Source of the DNA: Utricularia gibba
Taxonomy: Eukaryota > Plantae > Magnoliophyta
Reading direction: 5' to 3'
Assembly (NCBI GenBank): GCA_002189035.1
Contig: NEEC01000013.1
Location: 1,488,001-1,552,000, forward strand
DNA: 64,000 nucleotides
Of the stretch, positions 62,672-64,000 are shown in pieces. The notes beneath the pieces are model-generated. The model saw only the letters and a program-made list of their open reading frames with translations, made no database searches and had not been told where the DNA came from. Every line of letters starts with the position of its first letter. The first letter of the stretch is position 1. The translations under genes were made by a program, and so were the position numbers.

Positions 62672-64000
62672 TCAGTCTGTATTGCGAGAAAAGGATGGCA
62701 GGGGGATGTCTTCCTGGGGCCGCAGGATGATGAGGATGCCAAACGCTCCAAGCATCGGGAGAACCAGAAGCCATTTCAGTAGTTTGTAGTAGTGCATGTG
62801 GAAGGTAAGAGAGAAGTCGTCAGAGAAGTAGAGTCCATTCCTGTCAACCATCTCCACCAGTACGGTTCCTGCTGTTCTTACTCCCACTGTGGGGAGCTTG
62901 ATCCTATGAATCCCCGGACGGTCGAAGATTTGGTTATGTCTGATTGTTCTTTCCCCCTGGTAGTTACCGGGAACCAGCAAACTAACCTGTGATGATTGAT
63001 TGTAAGGAAAACGAGATAATGATGCATTTTGTAAGAAGATTTTGATATGAACAGGGGAAGATGGATCCATACCGTGACATTATAAGGCACTTGGGTGCCA
63101 GAAGGGAACCTGTATTTGTCCACAATCTCCACTTCAACCCAAAAGTTCTTTCCTTCTTCATCTCTGAATGCACGGGATGAGGGTGTGAAATAAATTCCTT
63201 GGCGATTGAACCGGGAAGCTACATTGTTTCTCCCCTGATTTTGTGATCTCCAAGTCTGCGATAATCAAACTCAGAAGTACGTACACTGCATAAACCAGTA
63301 GTGAAACAAGAAAATACTCTCTGTCATATCCTACCTTGAGAGGATGATGGGGTGAAGGTGTTGAGAAACAGAAAACATTTCCATTCATGGTGGTCACCAC
63401 AAGATCTAGGTCATCCCCACCGTCCACATTGTCTGCCAAGACCATACTGTATCTGCCAGTTAGGAGAAGATATCGTCAGGTGAAGGCCAAATGAGAGCAC
63501 ACCAGTGGCAAGGAAATGAATCGGACACAGGCTTACGAAGTTTCTCCAATATCGACAACATCCGCACATGATGTTGGCCCATCAATGAGGTATAAATACC
63601 CATCAAATGATGTGGTAACAATGGTAAGTCCCTTCTTCTCCCCATGTTTGCTCAAATCAACCAGAAGGACTTGATTCATATTTCTACCGTGTGTTCTAAA
63701 AGGATAAGGCCTTACGATTGATCCATCTTTGCCACTAAGGACATAAATGTTACCAGACATGGTTGGAACAACAACATCAGTGTGGCCATCCCCATCCACA
63801 TCTCCAATACTGGGACCCTGGAGCGACAGGAACTATGTTAGCTTCAAAATCATGAAGCACAAGTCAACATATCTCATACGATGATTACCTGGGGAACAAG
63901 GCTCTTAATATGTGTCTCCCAAATTTCTTTTCCTTGAGGCGTCCAAGCAGCAATATTTCCATGGACATCAGCTGTCACTAATTCAATTTTTCCATCATCA
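62672..64000 (-). CDS. DEX1: DEFECTIVE IN EXINE FORMATION 1, 3' part (gene continues beyond window end)
   Basis: FG-GAP-like [35 protein letters not shown] and C-terminal [18 protein letters not shown]...LPSFSRNTD*. Confidence 0.93.

Noticed and set aside
1-64000. CRISPR arrays, rRNA, tRNA, prokaryotic operons or defence systems
   Set aside because: None seen; the DNA is spliceosomal-intron-containing plant nuclear sequence.

Overview
This is eukaryotic (eudicot plant) nuclear DNA, not prokaryotic. It is unusually compact: 24 protein-coding genes in 64 kb (about one per 2.7 kb), many 60-90 bp GT-AG introns, and convergent stop codons as close as about 160 bp. Genes in order: two tandem SAG12-like papain cysteine proteases, ARM-repeat protein, ASIL-type trihelix TF, DUF676 lipase, DUF4228/PADRE, PEX7, Raf-like MAPKKK, CIPK12-like, CaMRLK/MEE62-like LRR-RLK, NST1-like zinc-ribbon membrane protein, saposin-B protein, DUF688-like, methyltransferase-11/FkbM-like, CASP-like, WI12/SAG20-like, SFC1, pGlcT, PHF5A, GT-3b trihelix, TAAC/EAAC carrier, FLU, DIVARICATA-like MYB, and the 3' part of DEX1. 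The compaction plus tandem SAG12-like proteases suggests a Lentibulariaceae-type (Utricularia/Genlisea) genome; this is inference only. The best non-coding signals are: a box C/D snoRNA (U40/U46/snR63 type, perfect antisense to 25S rRNA helix 69) inside an apparently unannotated spliced non-coding host transcript that also holds a second structured H/ACA-like candidate; a 29-bp-stem hairpin that is fully paired only on the minus strand; a hAT-type MITE with an 8-bp TSD in a protease intron; candidate peptide uORFs upstream of the methyltransferase; and an orphan site-II promoter cluster between two gene tails. Four otherwise intact genes each carry one frameshift repaired by adding G on the + strand, most likely a consensus-sequence artefact. 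All splice models and family assignments were read by eye, with no database search.
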